Of a stretch of 64,000 nt of DNA, positions 11,700 through 22,143 are shown one piece after another; within the stretch, counting starts at the first letter, position 1, and each line of letters starts with the position of its first letter. This stretch comes from Dudresnaya verticillata (Eukaryota): positions 2,852,001 through 2,916,000 of the forward strand of contig OZ374560.1 of assembly GCA_977862235.1 (NCBI GenBank), in the 5' to 3' direction. A model generated the notes under the pieces. That model searched no databases. It was not told where the DNA came from and saw only the letters and a program-made list of their open reading frames with translations. Both the position numbers and the translations under genes were made by a program.

Positions 11700-12470
11700 T
11701 ACAGCTCACGTATGAGGGCCACATTCCTCGATAGCTGCTCGTGCACCTTTTACTGCCCTCCCGAATACCTATCGCGGTACTCGCTTCACCCCGGAGGAAT
11801 GGATTACCGCGTGTGATATCCGCTTGGGCAACCCGGTTTTTACCGGCACTACTCGTTGTCCCCACTGTGTACTCACGCGGGGCGTGACGCAAGCTCCTCT
11901 ACTTGATCCTCGCGGGAAACATGCCATCATCCGCGCTAGGCGCGAAGGTGCTATCCGGCGTCATAACACCTTACGCGATGCTCTAGCCAACGAATTCCGC
12001 CAGTTGGGCCTACGCCCTATCTATGTCGAATACTCGTTTCTCGCCGAACGTCATCTGCCCCCTACTTCTCGTCGCCGTATGGACGTGGTGGTTCCTATAT
12101 CTGCCTTTAGCCCCCGCCCTCAGGCCTTTGACGTTACGGTGGCAGCCCCGTTTGCTGCCAATTACTGCACTGCCGCCTCTCGCTTGGGTGGGGCAGCGGC
12201 GACGCTCGCTGAAAGGCCCAAAAGAGCGCATTACCAAGATCTACTCGACAGCGAGGGAATGGATTGGCCGCTTTACGTCCGAACAGAGAGGGAGTAACCC
12301 TTCGGACGAAACGCAAGCACTCACGAATCGCATTGTATCTCATCTTCTCCGCTTTCAGGCGCTGGCGATCAATCGCCGTCGTCTTGCCCTTCAGGTAGGT
12401 CCTTGCGTAGACGGGGCGACTTAGCGCCCTTCCAACCCTACCATAAAGGTCCCCATCTCTCCCATCTCTC
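11700..12470 (+). mobile_element. 5'-truncated non-LTR retrotransposon, CRE-like (restriction-like endonuclease C-terminus)
   Basis: ...EEWITACDIRLG...CPHC...DPRGKHA...RRHNTLRDAL...E...RRMDV...AFDVTV..P...AE..K..HY matches the zinc-knuckle/REL pattern; ends in a (CCATCTCTC)2 tail; no RT present. Confidence 0.8.
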
Positions 12471-13007
12471 AGAGCAGTGCACGTGTAGTGTATTTGGCGC
12501 TTGCGCGCGCTCCGCACGCGCCGCCATCCGACAATCATCCGCGGCGCCCATCGATCACAGTCCCATCGTCACCTCGCGCCGCCGCCGCTGCAGCATTCTG
12601 CCGACACATCGCTACATCACGCGCTGCACCACGCTCGCCCCCCGCGGACGCACAGCACATCACATCCACAGAACTGGCGGTGCGCAGCAGGACAATGATA
12701 CCTCGTCCCTCCCCTCCGCCGCGGCAGCAAAGCAGACCCACAAAAGTGTCTAAAAAAGCATTCCAATCTCCAATCGCATCGCCAACGCGTCAGCCCCTTA
12801 CTCCATGTCGATACCGTTTTGGCGGTAGTGGTGCTCTTTAATTGATGGTTGTAGCTGTGTTGGTGGAGGTACGTAGTTCGGTAACAATACTCTTTGGCTG
12901 AAGCACTTACTATGTTTCGCTCAGTGAAGGCACCCCGCCCTCTCACCCCAAAAAGCAGTATTGCGCCCCGCCCCGTACGCAACACAGCAGGAGAGTCAGA
13001 ACGCTCA

Positions 13008-13278
13008 AACCGACGTCATCGCTACGGCCCTTACAACAGAGTCGCGAGCCTTCGTTCATCGCAGCGCGATGCACGCGTATTTGGGGCTTGTGCGGATTGG
13101 CTCACTGTGGGATCTTTTGGCCACACCCAAACGTCGTCATCGTACAGCTGAACTCAGTCGCGCAATCCCATCCATCATCCACCGCAACCGTCAGCATTTC
13201 GTGCCCACCAAGCCACCTCGAGCTGCGCTCAACTCTGCCCGTGTTGCGCAGTCTCGCCGTCACACCTGCTGCCGCGCC
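13008..13278 (+). repeat. Left arm of ~260-bp imperfect inverted repeat (also at ~32870-33140)
   Basis: Reverse complement of 19168-19425 with substitutions and indels. Confidence 0.85.
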
Positions 13279-14880
13279 AGACATCCCGACCACGCCTACC
13301 GCCGCTCTGCTCGCTGCAACCACCCGGCGAATCGCCCCCCTCGCTCCCATTGTACACTCACACCCCTTGTTGTCCGTTGTCCTTGGCAGCAAGACTTGCT
13401 CGCTGTGGTGCACTCGCACACCATCGCGCCCCAGCCCGCGCCACTATGTTATTCGCTCCAGGTGTTGCATACGCTGTTTGACAATGTGCGTACTGGACAT
13501 CTACGGACGTCCGCTGAACCAACGCCGTCGGTATTGCGCGGATTGTGAACAGTTGTGCATACCTGGTGTCGCAGTTGGCCACAGCAGACGAAACATACAA
13601 GCGGTCCCCCATCTACTGCCTCGTATCGTTGCGTATCGGGAGAAGCGAGCCCCCTTTGGCTATATTGCCCACTAACACCGATGTCTCCACCGACAGGCAT
13701 CGGAAATGTCAAAGTTCCAGCTAGCGCGGGGAGGAAGCAAGGCGGCACGAGGCGAGGATCACAATGTTTGCATGGCCGCTCACCGCCTCGATCGCGCAGT
13801 ATCCCTGCACCGTGCTCACGCCTCCCTCGCCCACGGCATCCGTCTCGCTGCGCTGCTCTGCACCCGCATGGATGGCCTCACCGCGGCGATGGATGTGGGG
13901 CACGGTGCACCTCTCACGCAAGGTGCTGGGAGAGGGTACGCCGGGCTCGAAGAACGCGCCGGGGATTCACCGTGGCGGCGGGGTGGGGCTGTTCAACTGT
14001 AGCTTGGACGACCGCGTGGCGCTCCGATGCGTCTACTGCGTCGAGTACGGCGACGCGCAAATACCGGAAGACACCGGGGGAGGCAGCGTGCCGTGCGTGT
14101 TCGAGCTGTCCGCCCCTGCCGGGGTTCGCGCACGGGGTAGCACACCGCGTGTGATAGGCACTGTTTGGGACTCCGGCCGCACCGGTAACGGAAAAAGCGT
14201 TCTTCGAATCACTTGTCGATCGACTACGATGACGATACGTTCAGTGACGGCGGGATGCTATCCACAAGGGCTGCAGGCAATAACATTGCAAACACAAATG
14301 CAATAAGCAGCATGTTGCACCAATTCTCTCCCCTTCGGCAATAGGTATTGCAATATACAATGTCACTGCAACAACAATTGCAATTGTAATTACGAGCCCG
14401 ACAGCCCTGGCACTAACGGCAAAGCGGTTCACTCCCACTCCTTCCCATCGCCCTTCCACGTCTTCTGCTTGCCATACACGAACCCCGCCGCGTACGGTGG
14501 ATTGCTGCCGGCTTCGCAGACAATGCGTCCGGGCCTTTTCCTGCACCAGCAAGTCGCGATGCCGGACATCCGTTCGCCCCAGGCGTGACTTACGCACTCT
14601 GTGTTATGCTCCCGTACCAGCCGCCCTTCACAGCTCCCCAGTCTCGCAAAATCAATGAAGTAGGTGCGGTGCACAGGCCGTGCGCCGTTGTGCGTCATGG
14701 AAGAGGCAGCAGGTGGAAGGGATGGGATGGGCGAGGGCCATCGAGAAAAGAAGGCGGCGCACCGAATATGTAATACCTATTGTGTCGTCATGAGCTGCGT
14801 CGCAATAATGATTGCTGCAGGCAGTAAACGATGAGATATTTTAAACGGCAACGACAAACGTATACTATGGACAAACTCAA

Positions 14881-17800
14881 CTAGTGACTTTCTAGTTTCT
14901 GGAGTAGTGTGATTGCGGCTCGTTGAGCAAAATCCTCGTTCGCCTCTTCGCGGTCATTCCGAATACCAACAAACGAGCTTAAACGCCCGGCCAAGTCAGC
15001 AATTTTCGTTGATGGCGATTGACTCTGTCGTTCGTATTCGAAAAACCCTCTCCTCCTGAAAAGATCGCTATTCTCTCCATGGAAAACATCCATCGCCTTC
15101 TGACACTCTTCGACCGAGAGTTTGTAGAACAACGGGAAAATCAAGGGAGGTTTCTCGCCTCTTCCAACCGCCTCATCCGTCCGCTTGAAGAATTCTTCCA
15201 GCTCTAGCATAGGCCACTTGCGAGCCAGGAACTCTGGTGACAGTATGAATATTGCAGCTCTGCTCCCTCGAATTGCAGCCATAATTTGGTCCTTATTCGT
15301 CTTTGTGGATACCTCGAGGCTTTTCTCATCTAAGAAACAACTGACCTTTGTGCCCATTGCATTCATTACCGGCACGGCGAGGCACCCCTTCTCGCTCCCT
15401 GCGTGGCTGATAAATACATCGAAAGGTCTTGCAGCTAGTCGCACGTCAACAGGACGCGGACCTGAGCCCGCACTTGCTCCTTTGAGGATGTGCAGCTTCA
15501 ATCGCTTGAAAGTCCAAAGCTGCTCGCAAACGCAAGTGCCTTCTGCTGGGTCCAGTGGCTGGCACTGCGTACTTGTTACCCAACTCCGACGGATACCCAA
15601 CTGCACGCTACTGGAACTTCCACACCCCCCGCGCAATTCCTTAGGGCAGTCGGTGATCAGATAGTCTTTCCAGCTTGCATTGGTCCCATGCAGTGGTCCC
15701 TTCAAAAAACTTTCCATGCCCCGCAAACACTGGTGCGCAACCTGCACTGCTTCATCGGCATCCGCCCTTATAGTCCAGTCGATCCATCTCTTTTCTGGAA
15801 TAAAGCGAACCACGACTCTGCATGCTCCCGCAAGGGCCAGGATGACGGCATCTTGACGAAGCTCGGGCGGTTTTGTCCGCTCTCTTCCAATGGTTCGGTG
15901 AAGGTACGCGATCAGTGACCCTGTCAGACTTGGCGGAATGGTATCAACAAACTCTGTTCGCAAAATTAGTTCACTCTCTCCATCCTTTGTGTCACACGAG
16001 AACCCTTCCCAACCCTTTGGCAGCAGTGAAGGTATCCCGATTAGCTCGTTCTGTTCACCGTCCGCTCCTTCCACAGCCTGAAGGCGCATGATGATGTCAA
16101 ATTGACAAAGAATGTCAAGCATGACTTTTCGGACAGCCGATGGGTATTTACACCACAGTGCCTCCAGTGCTTCACGGGGTATCAACCCATTCCGATAACC
16201 GTCTGCTTCATGCTGTCCCAGAGTCTGTAAAGTCCTTTCAAACTCTTTCGCTTCTTCTTCACCCAGTCTTTCTCGCATAAACTCAGCCGGGCCCGTGACC
16301 TGCCGAATAAAGTCCAGAATAACTGTTGGATCTGGGAACACGAACCATCCCTCGCCCGTCTGCACTTCTACGATATGGCCCTGCTGACTCTGGAATTGGA
16401 TGCATTTCTCAACGTCGGCTTCTCTCTCCTCCTTGTCACTAGAGAATCCGGGAAGTCTGGCAGCATGGCTCTGAACTTCTGTCATTTCCAGAAAGACCTT
16501 TTGGCTTTCAGTGGCGTGTGACCAAATGGCTTCCCTGAGGGCAGCCCATCGAACTGGAACTCGTTCCCTTCCGTCCAGAATGTCTTCACTCGCTTCCTTG
16601 ATAAACTTCTCTAGTTCCACAACGCCTGACCCGGCACGGTCTTGTTCAGCACTGCTGTTCTTGTTCTCGATGGCAACCCACCGACACTTGTATTTGTCGA
16701 CATCGCCCTTCTCACGTACCCAATCATTGTAGACAGCCCTTCCAAGATGCTTTCGCAGTTTTTGTCGCAGCTGCTGAAACAAGTCTTCAGGGCTTTCAAC
16801 TTCTGCCTTCCTGGTTCCCACCAGGATCACCCAAACGTTTTTCGGGGTTTGCGAAGACGTATGTGCCATTTGCATCCAGTTGCATAGTTCCAACACTTCG
16901 TCCTCTTGGGTGACTTCTGACGCAAACCTTTTCAGGTCTACCACGAAAACAAAAATGGAAGCGCGGCGGATGAAGATTGCGGGAACACTGAGATACTCTG
17001 CCTGACCCCCAAGGTCCCAGCATTGCACCAACGCAGCGCGATGGTCCTCAGGAAAAACGTTACTCAAGAGCCCTTGTCGTGCTGCTTCCCAAATGGGAGA
17101 CGCTTGGGAGTTTATAGACTGCGAAGCAGCAATACTGGGCGGAGCTGGTGGTTGTTGAGCAGTGGTATGGCTGCTTGCCAATGTGTCTCCACTCTGGGGA
17201 ACGGTCCTCTTGGTCGGAGGAGCTCGGTTGGGCCAAGTGGGGAGTTTAAGGCGGAATCTTGCGGTGGATTTTTCACTCGGCCGCGATGATGCATCAGTTG
17301 CCGTGGGCAGCCGGAACAATGTAGCTCTTGACATGAGGGCATGCAAGGCCTCACTGTTGAAGGCGAGCTGGTTGACAATGTCATCGTCCAACTTGGGGCC
17401 GCCGGGGACAACAAGAGTGCGACTCAGCGACACAAAGTGTGTCGGCTGGTGGGTGGCAACGAAGGGCATGGAGCGCAGGCTCCTTACCGTGCTTGTCTTG
17501 CCGCGTGCCGCACCGCCGAGAACAAGAAGAAAGCACTGCCGTGGCTTTGCTGTGGCGGTCTTGAGGGTGTTTTCAACAAGTGTGCTAGTGTCACCGATGT
17601 GGCTAAGAAGGTATTGCCATTGGCTGCCGAAGACTTTAAGCTCAAGAGGCGTTACCTGTTGATGCGCTACTTGTTGATGCAGTTGGGCTGCTGTTTGCTC
17701 ATCGCTAGCAACACCGACATCTCCGCGGGCAAGCAATGTGGCGAGCTCATAGAGTGCGACGCGGGTGCGATGGAGTTCGATTGAGCGTTGGAAGAGGTTC

Positions 17801-18840
17801 TTCGCGCGCGGCGGATCGCGCGCGTCTCCGATATGATTGGACAAAAGCGCTTGGCCCAACCAAACCATATAAATTGGGGCCCTCTCGTGACCGCTGTCGC
17901 AGGCGCGTTGGAGCAGTTCGACGCCGCGCGGAACGTCTCGCGGAACATCGATTTCGCCGCTCAGCAGCAATTTGCCCAAATTGGACATTGCGATGACATT
18001 TTCGCCCTCCGCGATGGCGCGGTCGTACAGCGCAGCGGCGCGCGGAGCGTCTTTGGCGACGCCGTCGCCGTTTGCGAGGAGAACGCCCAAATTGACCATT
18101 GCGTCCACATTCGCAAACTCTGCAACGGCTCGTTCTAACAGCGCAGCGGCGCGCGGAGCGTCTTTGGCGACGCCGTCGCCGCTTTCGAGGAGAAAGCCCA
18201 AATTGACCATTGCGTCCACATTCGCAAACTCTGCAACGGCTCGTTCGAACAGCGCAGCGGCGCGCGGAGCGTCTTTGGCGACGCCGTCGCCGCGTCTGAG
18301 GAGAACGCCCAAATTGGACATTGCGACGGCATTTTCGCCCTCCGCGATGGCGCGCTCGAACAGCGCAGCGGCGCGCGGAGCGTCTATGGCGACGCCGTCA
18401 CCGGTTGCGAGGAGAAGGCCCAAATTGACCATTGCGTTCACAATCGCAAACTCTGCAACGGCTCGTTCGTACAGCGCTGCCGCGCGCTTTGTGTCTTTGA
18501 CAAAACCGCGCGATCCGTTATCGAGACGCAGTCCGAGATTGAACAGCGACACCCCGCGCGGATCTCGCGCGTTGGCGCGCTCGACCAGCTCCGCGGCGCG
18601 GCGCTCGTCCTTGGGCACTCCCACGGCACCTTCCTTCAGCAACAGTGCAAGGCCATGCCGCGCTTCGTCATGGTCGCCCTCATCAATCGCTCGCTCGAGC
18701 AAGGCGACGGCTCGCAAAGGCAGAACGGGCCCTCCATCTGATGCGTCCCAAAACGCAAAGGCGAGTGCAACCATGTCGTGGACGTCGGCATTGTCGTCGA
18801 TAGCTTGGCGAAGGGCAAGGCGCTGCGGTGTGGCATCCAT
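14881..18840 (-). CDS. Intact Sel1-repeat/Roc GTPase/COR/TIR protein, paralog 2 (1319 aa from first ATG)
   Basis: Single ORF: 37-aa Sel1 units (AMxNLGxLLxxGDGVAKDAPRAAAL); Roc G1 GGAARGKTS, G2 HQPT, G3 WDLGGQ, G4-like LVGTRK; COR (VPVRW, FPDPTVI, IPSLLP); TIR (FDVFISHAG...FLD...ILSPEFLARKWPMLEL...PLFY). C6 at 15625-15630. Confidence 0.92.
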   Translation of the reverse strand: MDATPQRLALRQAIDDNADVHDMVALAFAFWDASDGGPVLPLRAVALLERAIDEGDHDEARHGLALLLKEGAVGVPKDERRAAELVERANARDPRGVSLFNLGLRLDNGSRGFVKDTKRAAALYERAVAEFAIVNAMVNLGLLLATGDGVAIDAPRAAALFERAIAEGENAVAMSNLGVLLRRGDGVAKDAPRAAALFERAVAEFANVDAMVNLGFLLESGDGVAKDAPRAAALLERAVAEFANVDAMVNLGVLLANGDGVAKDAPRAAALYDRAIAEGENVIAMSNLGKLLLSGEIDVPRDVPRGVELLQRACDSGHERAPIYMVWLGQALLSNHIGDARDPPRAKNLFQRSIELHRTRVALYELATLLARGDVGVASDEQTAAQLHQQVAHQQVTPLELKVFGSQWQYLLSHIGDTSTLVENTLKTATAKPRQCFLLVLGGAARGKTSTVRSLRSMPFVATHQPTHFVSLSRTLVVPGGPKLDDDIVNQLAFNSEALHALMSRATLFRLPTATDASSRPSEKSTARFRLKLPTWPNRAPPTKRTVPQSGDTLASSHTTAQQPPAPPSIAASQSINSQASPIWEAARQGLLSNVFPEDHRAALVQCWDLGGQAEYLSVPAIFIRRASIFVFVVDLKRFASEVTQEDEVLELCNWMQMAHTSSQTPKNVWVILVGTRKAEVESPEDLFQQLRQKLRKHLGRAVYNDWVREKGDVDKYKCRWVAIENKNSSAEQDRAGSGVVELEKFIKEASEDILDGRERVPVRWAALREAIWSHATESQKVFLEMTEVQSHAARLPGFSSDKEEREADVEKCIQFQSQQGHIVEVQTGEGWFVFPDPTVILDFIRQVTGPAEFMRERLGEEEAKEFERTLQTLGQHEADGYRNGLIPREALEALWCKYPSAVRKVMLDILCQFDIIMRLQAVEGADGEQNELIGIPSLLPKGWEGFSCDTKDGESELILRTEFVDTIPPSLTGSLIAYLHRTIGRERTKPPELRQDAVILALAGACRVVVRFIPEKRWIDWTIRADADEAVQVAHQCLRGMESFLKGPLHGTNASWKDYLITDCPKELRGGCGSSSSVQLGIRRSWVTSTQCQPLDPAEGTCVCEQLWTFKRLKLHILKGASAGSGPRPVDVRLAARPFDVFISHAGSEKGCLAVPVMNAMGTKVSCFLDEKSLEVSTKTNKDQIMAAIRGSRAAIFILSPEFLARKWPMLELEEFFKRTDEAVGRGEKPPLIFPLFYKLSVEECQKAMDVFHGENSDLFRRRGFFEYERQSQSPSTKIADLAGRLSSFVGIRNDREEANEDFAQRAAITLLQKLESH
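17970..18500 (-). repeat. 111-bp coding tandem repeat (Sel1 units), paralog 2
   Basis: Same period and scaffold, different variable codons and unit order. Confidence 0.95.
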
Positions 18841-19167
18841 GTCGGCAGGAGCGGGCGGTCGAGCGGGTGGAGGCGGTTGGAGATGGGATGGTTGGGGTGT
18901 GTGTGTCGGGAGCGAGTGCGCCAAGCGCACGGCGCTATTTATGCCGCGATGAAAGTTGCAAGTGGGACGGCGGGAGGTGTTGCAGCGCGGCGTGGGCGGC
19001 GGTGTGCCGCGCGGCGGAGCTGTTTGGAGCGGATGTTGTAAAAGTCGAAAGGCGCGTTGTCACGTCAGAGCACAGTGCACGTGTATTTGGCGCTTGCGCC
19101 GATTGGCGCTCTGCGAGATGTTTCGGCCACGCACAAACGACGTCATCGCTACACCCCTGTCATACAC

Positions 19168-19425
19168 GGCGCGGCAGCGGCCGTGACGGCGAGACTGCGC
19201 AACGGTTTGGTGGGCACGAAATGCTGGCGGTGGATGACGGATGGGATTGCGAGACTGAGCTGAGCGGCGGAGCGCGAGACTGCAGCGGTACGATGACGAT
19301 GTTTGGGAGTGGTCAAAAGATCCCACAGTGAGCCAATCCGCGCAGGCGCCAAATACATGTGCACCGCGCTGCGATGAAGGAAGGCTCGCGACTCTGTTGT
19401 AAGGGCTGCAGCGATGACGACGGTT
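19168..19425 (-). repeat. Right arm of ~260-bp imperfect inverted repeat
   Basis: e.g. AAAAGATCCCACAGTGAGCCAATCCGC and GGCTCGCGACTCTGTTGTAAGGGC are exact reverse complements of sequence in 13028-13118. Confidence 0.85.
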
Positions 19426-20046
19426 AGCGGCGAAGGCCAAGTTTCCCTCCTCTTGGTCTACTTGGCATTGCCTGCTATGATTTTTATCTCCCCGCCCCAT
19501 TAATCGCGACCAGGACGACTATTTCTTCGGTCGTAGACGAAGTAGGGCGAGGTACAGAATAGTTCTATTGCGGGGCTCGGTCGGAATCCGCACTAGCGGA
19601 GAACAGTTCTTTCACGCTGCCGTGGCTATTCCTCCAGGATACGACGTGTTAAACAGGATTGAGCACGAGCTCTCCCCTTTTAAGGAAGCCACTGCAGTTT
19701 TGACGGTCTTGAAACCGCATATGAAGATGCTCCTATGGCCAAAATGAGAGTACGTTGGCGATAAAAGAGCGAAGACCAACAAGTCATTTGGCCAGTTCAA
19801 AGATAAAGATTGTTGTTCGAATTGGGGTATTTCTAACGTTTAGGTGCCTTCTATCGCATTTCCGATGATATGTTTCGCTATCCATTCCAATTGAGTGACT
19901 GAAGGAAAGATGCTTGTGAATCTTAAACGAGGCACCGACAACTTCACTACTAACTCGGTTCAGCTGCTCCGGTTTGATTACTACAACAGTCAAAACGGCA
20001 GGGTTAGACTATTTCACGACTGGTCTAGTTACAGTCTCCCCGATAA

Positions 20047-21041
20047 CTACGATGCCGGATTATCGCGGATCACAAACAACGACTTATAACTGTACCCCTC
20101 CTCTCCCTGTTTTCGGGAATCGTGTGCTTTCCATCTAGGTAGTCATACGTTGCAATAGCCTCAAGCTGCCCTTTTTCTGACATGTACTGACGTTGTTGAT
20201 AGACTTCCCATTTGTCTTTAAGGTAGGTTTCGTAACCGTCTGCAGCGCTTCCAATATTATCAAAAGTTGCGTGGAGAGAGTTCTTCCATTTACCGGAATA
20301 CAGAATAGGCCTGAAACCGTATCTACTACCACGTTGCTGTTCTTGAGTTTATGTCTCATTGTGTATTCAATACCATAGATACGAGAATTGCTCGTGACCT
20401 GAAATTCCATCGCGTGGTAAGAAGACTCTGTGCTCCCCTCATCTGTAGGGTCCCCAACGGTTCTGCCTTTAATCGTATCGCTCGGAAGATGGGCTGTATC
20501 CCCGTTCCAAATGTACGGAAAGTCCAGCTCAATGTCGAGGTCCGATTCATGCACTATGAGCATGTTGATGGTAGCTATTGCTCCCAATATGAAAATAACA
20601 GCCACCGGATGCTTCAGTAGAGACTTTGTCAGTTTCTTAACAGCTTTTTTAAAGCCCTTGCCGACGGCTTTTCTAGAAACTGATGCTGCAGTCTCAACGC
20701 TGTCCCCCGCTATCATACGTTTCGTGAATGTCGACATCAACTTAAATCCAGCCCGTACGCATGTATTTGTCAACTCCCATACATCTTTGGACACATTTCC
20801 GTCCAATTCCTTGAACGCTTTAGAGAAAGCGTACCAAACGTCTTGGCGATATTAGCAACCTGTTCGGCAAGAACAGATTTTCCCAGCACAAATACACCAA
20901 GCCTGAACAACGCATCTGGAATTCGAACAACGCATCTGGAATTCCAACGGAAACCATATACGAAAGAGGTATGTTGAAAACGACCGTATCACTAATGCCA
21001 TTGGTTTCGATATACGTTAATGCAGGTTCTATATCATCAAA
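20047..21041 (-). pseudogene. Duplicate of decayed gene at 186-1180
   Basis: Identical ORF 20135-20806 in duplication copy B. Confidence 0.45.
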
Positions 21042-22143
21042 GGCTTGTGTGATGTTATGCTATGATCATGTGACGTGATAATCAAGAAATTAGCCAAACC
21101 ACTTTTGCTAGAGGAAGTAGGGCTATGTGACGCCACAGCTACCATCCCCATCGAATGACATATATATTTAATAGAACGGGGTGACTAGTACTATCAACCT
21201 TTCTTTAGGAAACATGCTCTTCCTAGGGAAAGATTCGTGGTGGATCAACAGATATTGAGTCCCCCTTTACTGTTTTGCATGTTCGTACATGTGTGTAGGA
21301 GAGTGCGTGTTGCATCGAGACGTGTTTTCATTGGTCACGATTGGGGTCTTAGGTACCGTTCTGAAATGCTACTGGTAGGCTTTCAAAGCGATAAAAAAAG
21401 TTCCGAAAATCCACCAGTAATGACACGGCGGGGGCTTTGACACTGAGGGAAGCATCACTTTAACCAAGGCGTACCAGGAGGTCCCATCAGGGGACGAGAC
21501 TACGACGAAGGACTGAGGTGCTGAGACGGAGCTGACGGTTCACAGCAAGGGCTACATGTTGGAGCACAACCAAAACTAGACGAGATGGAGACCTTATGCA
21601 CTAGACGAGTGAGGAGAGAATTCTTCTCAACAAGCGGATTCGAGCCCTTCTTGCCCGTGAAAAAGCCAGTAAGTGTTTGCAGTCCAGAATGAAAGCTGAT
21701 TCCAACTAGACTGTAGATCTACCGGTAGATATTCACTACTAACGGATGAATGGTGATGCCATGAACAGGGCAAATATCATGATAGTGGCCGCCCTTAGCA
21801 CGCTCGCGAGCGGCAAGGGCCTGCCCAGAAACAACGCCAGACGAGCTTGAATGAGAATGAGGACGGACTTATGATGGAAACGTCGAACGCTTGTGGATGT
21901 GAAGCAAAAGTCGGATCATCAATTAACAAATCGAGACGGTAGGGGTCATGATCGGGATGCGTCGGGATAGGAAAAACGCGACGCCCGCTGGGGCGTATCT
22001 ACGGGTCGGAGTGCGGAGGGGAATGGGACATGAGCGGAAAGCTGGCTATATACTAGCGACGCCCCGCCGCGGTAACTGGATCACGAGACTAAGACAGAGA
22101 GCCGTCGGATCTGACGGGAAGTATTAACAAGTAGTTTACTATT

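Larger units (their letters stand above)
1..13483. repeat. Segmental tandem duplication, copy A (left end outside window)
   Basis: Base 1 matches 19862; the ORF track repeats with offset 19,861 (19,862 after the extra C at 27199-27206); identity stops at ...GTTTGACA 13483/33345. Confidence 0.97.
13481..19153. repeat. Diverged duplicate of module 5194-~11066 (receptor gene plus flanks)
   Basis: ACAATGTGCGTACTGG starts at both 5194 and 13481 (offset 8,287); similarity ends after ...CGTCATCGCTACA at ~11066/19153. Confidence 0.95.

Noticed and set aside
17970..18500. Diversity-generating retroelement (TR/VR pair)
   Set aside because: Variation is not adenine-specific (GTT/GAT/CTT/TTT at one codon) and there is no DGR reverse transcriptase.
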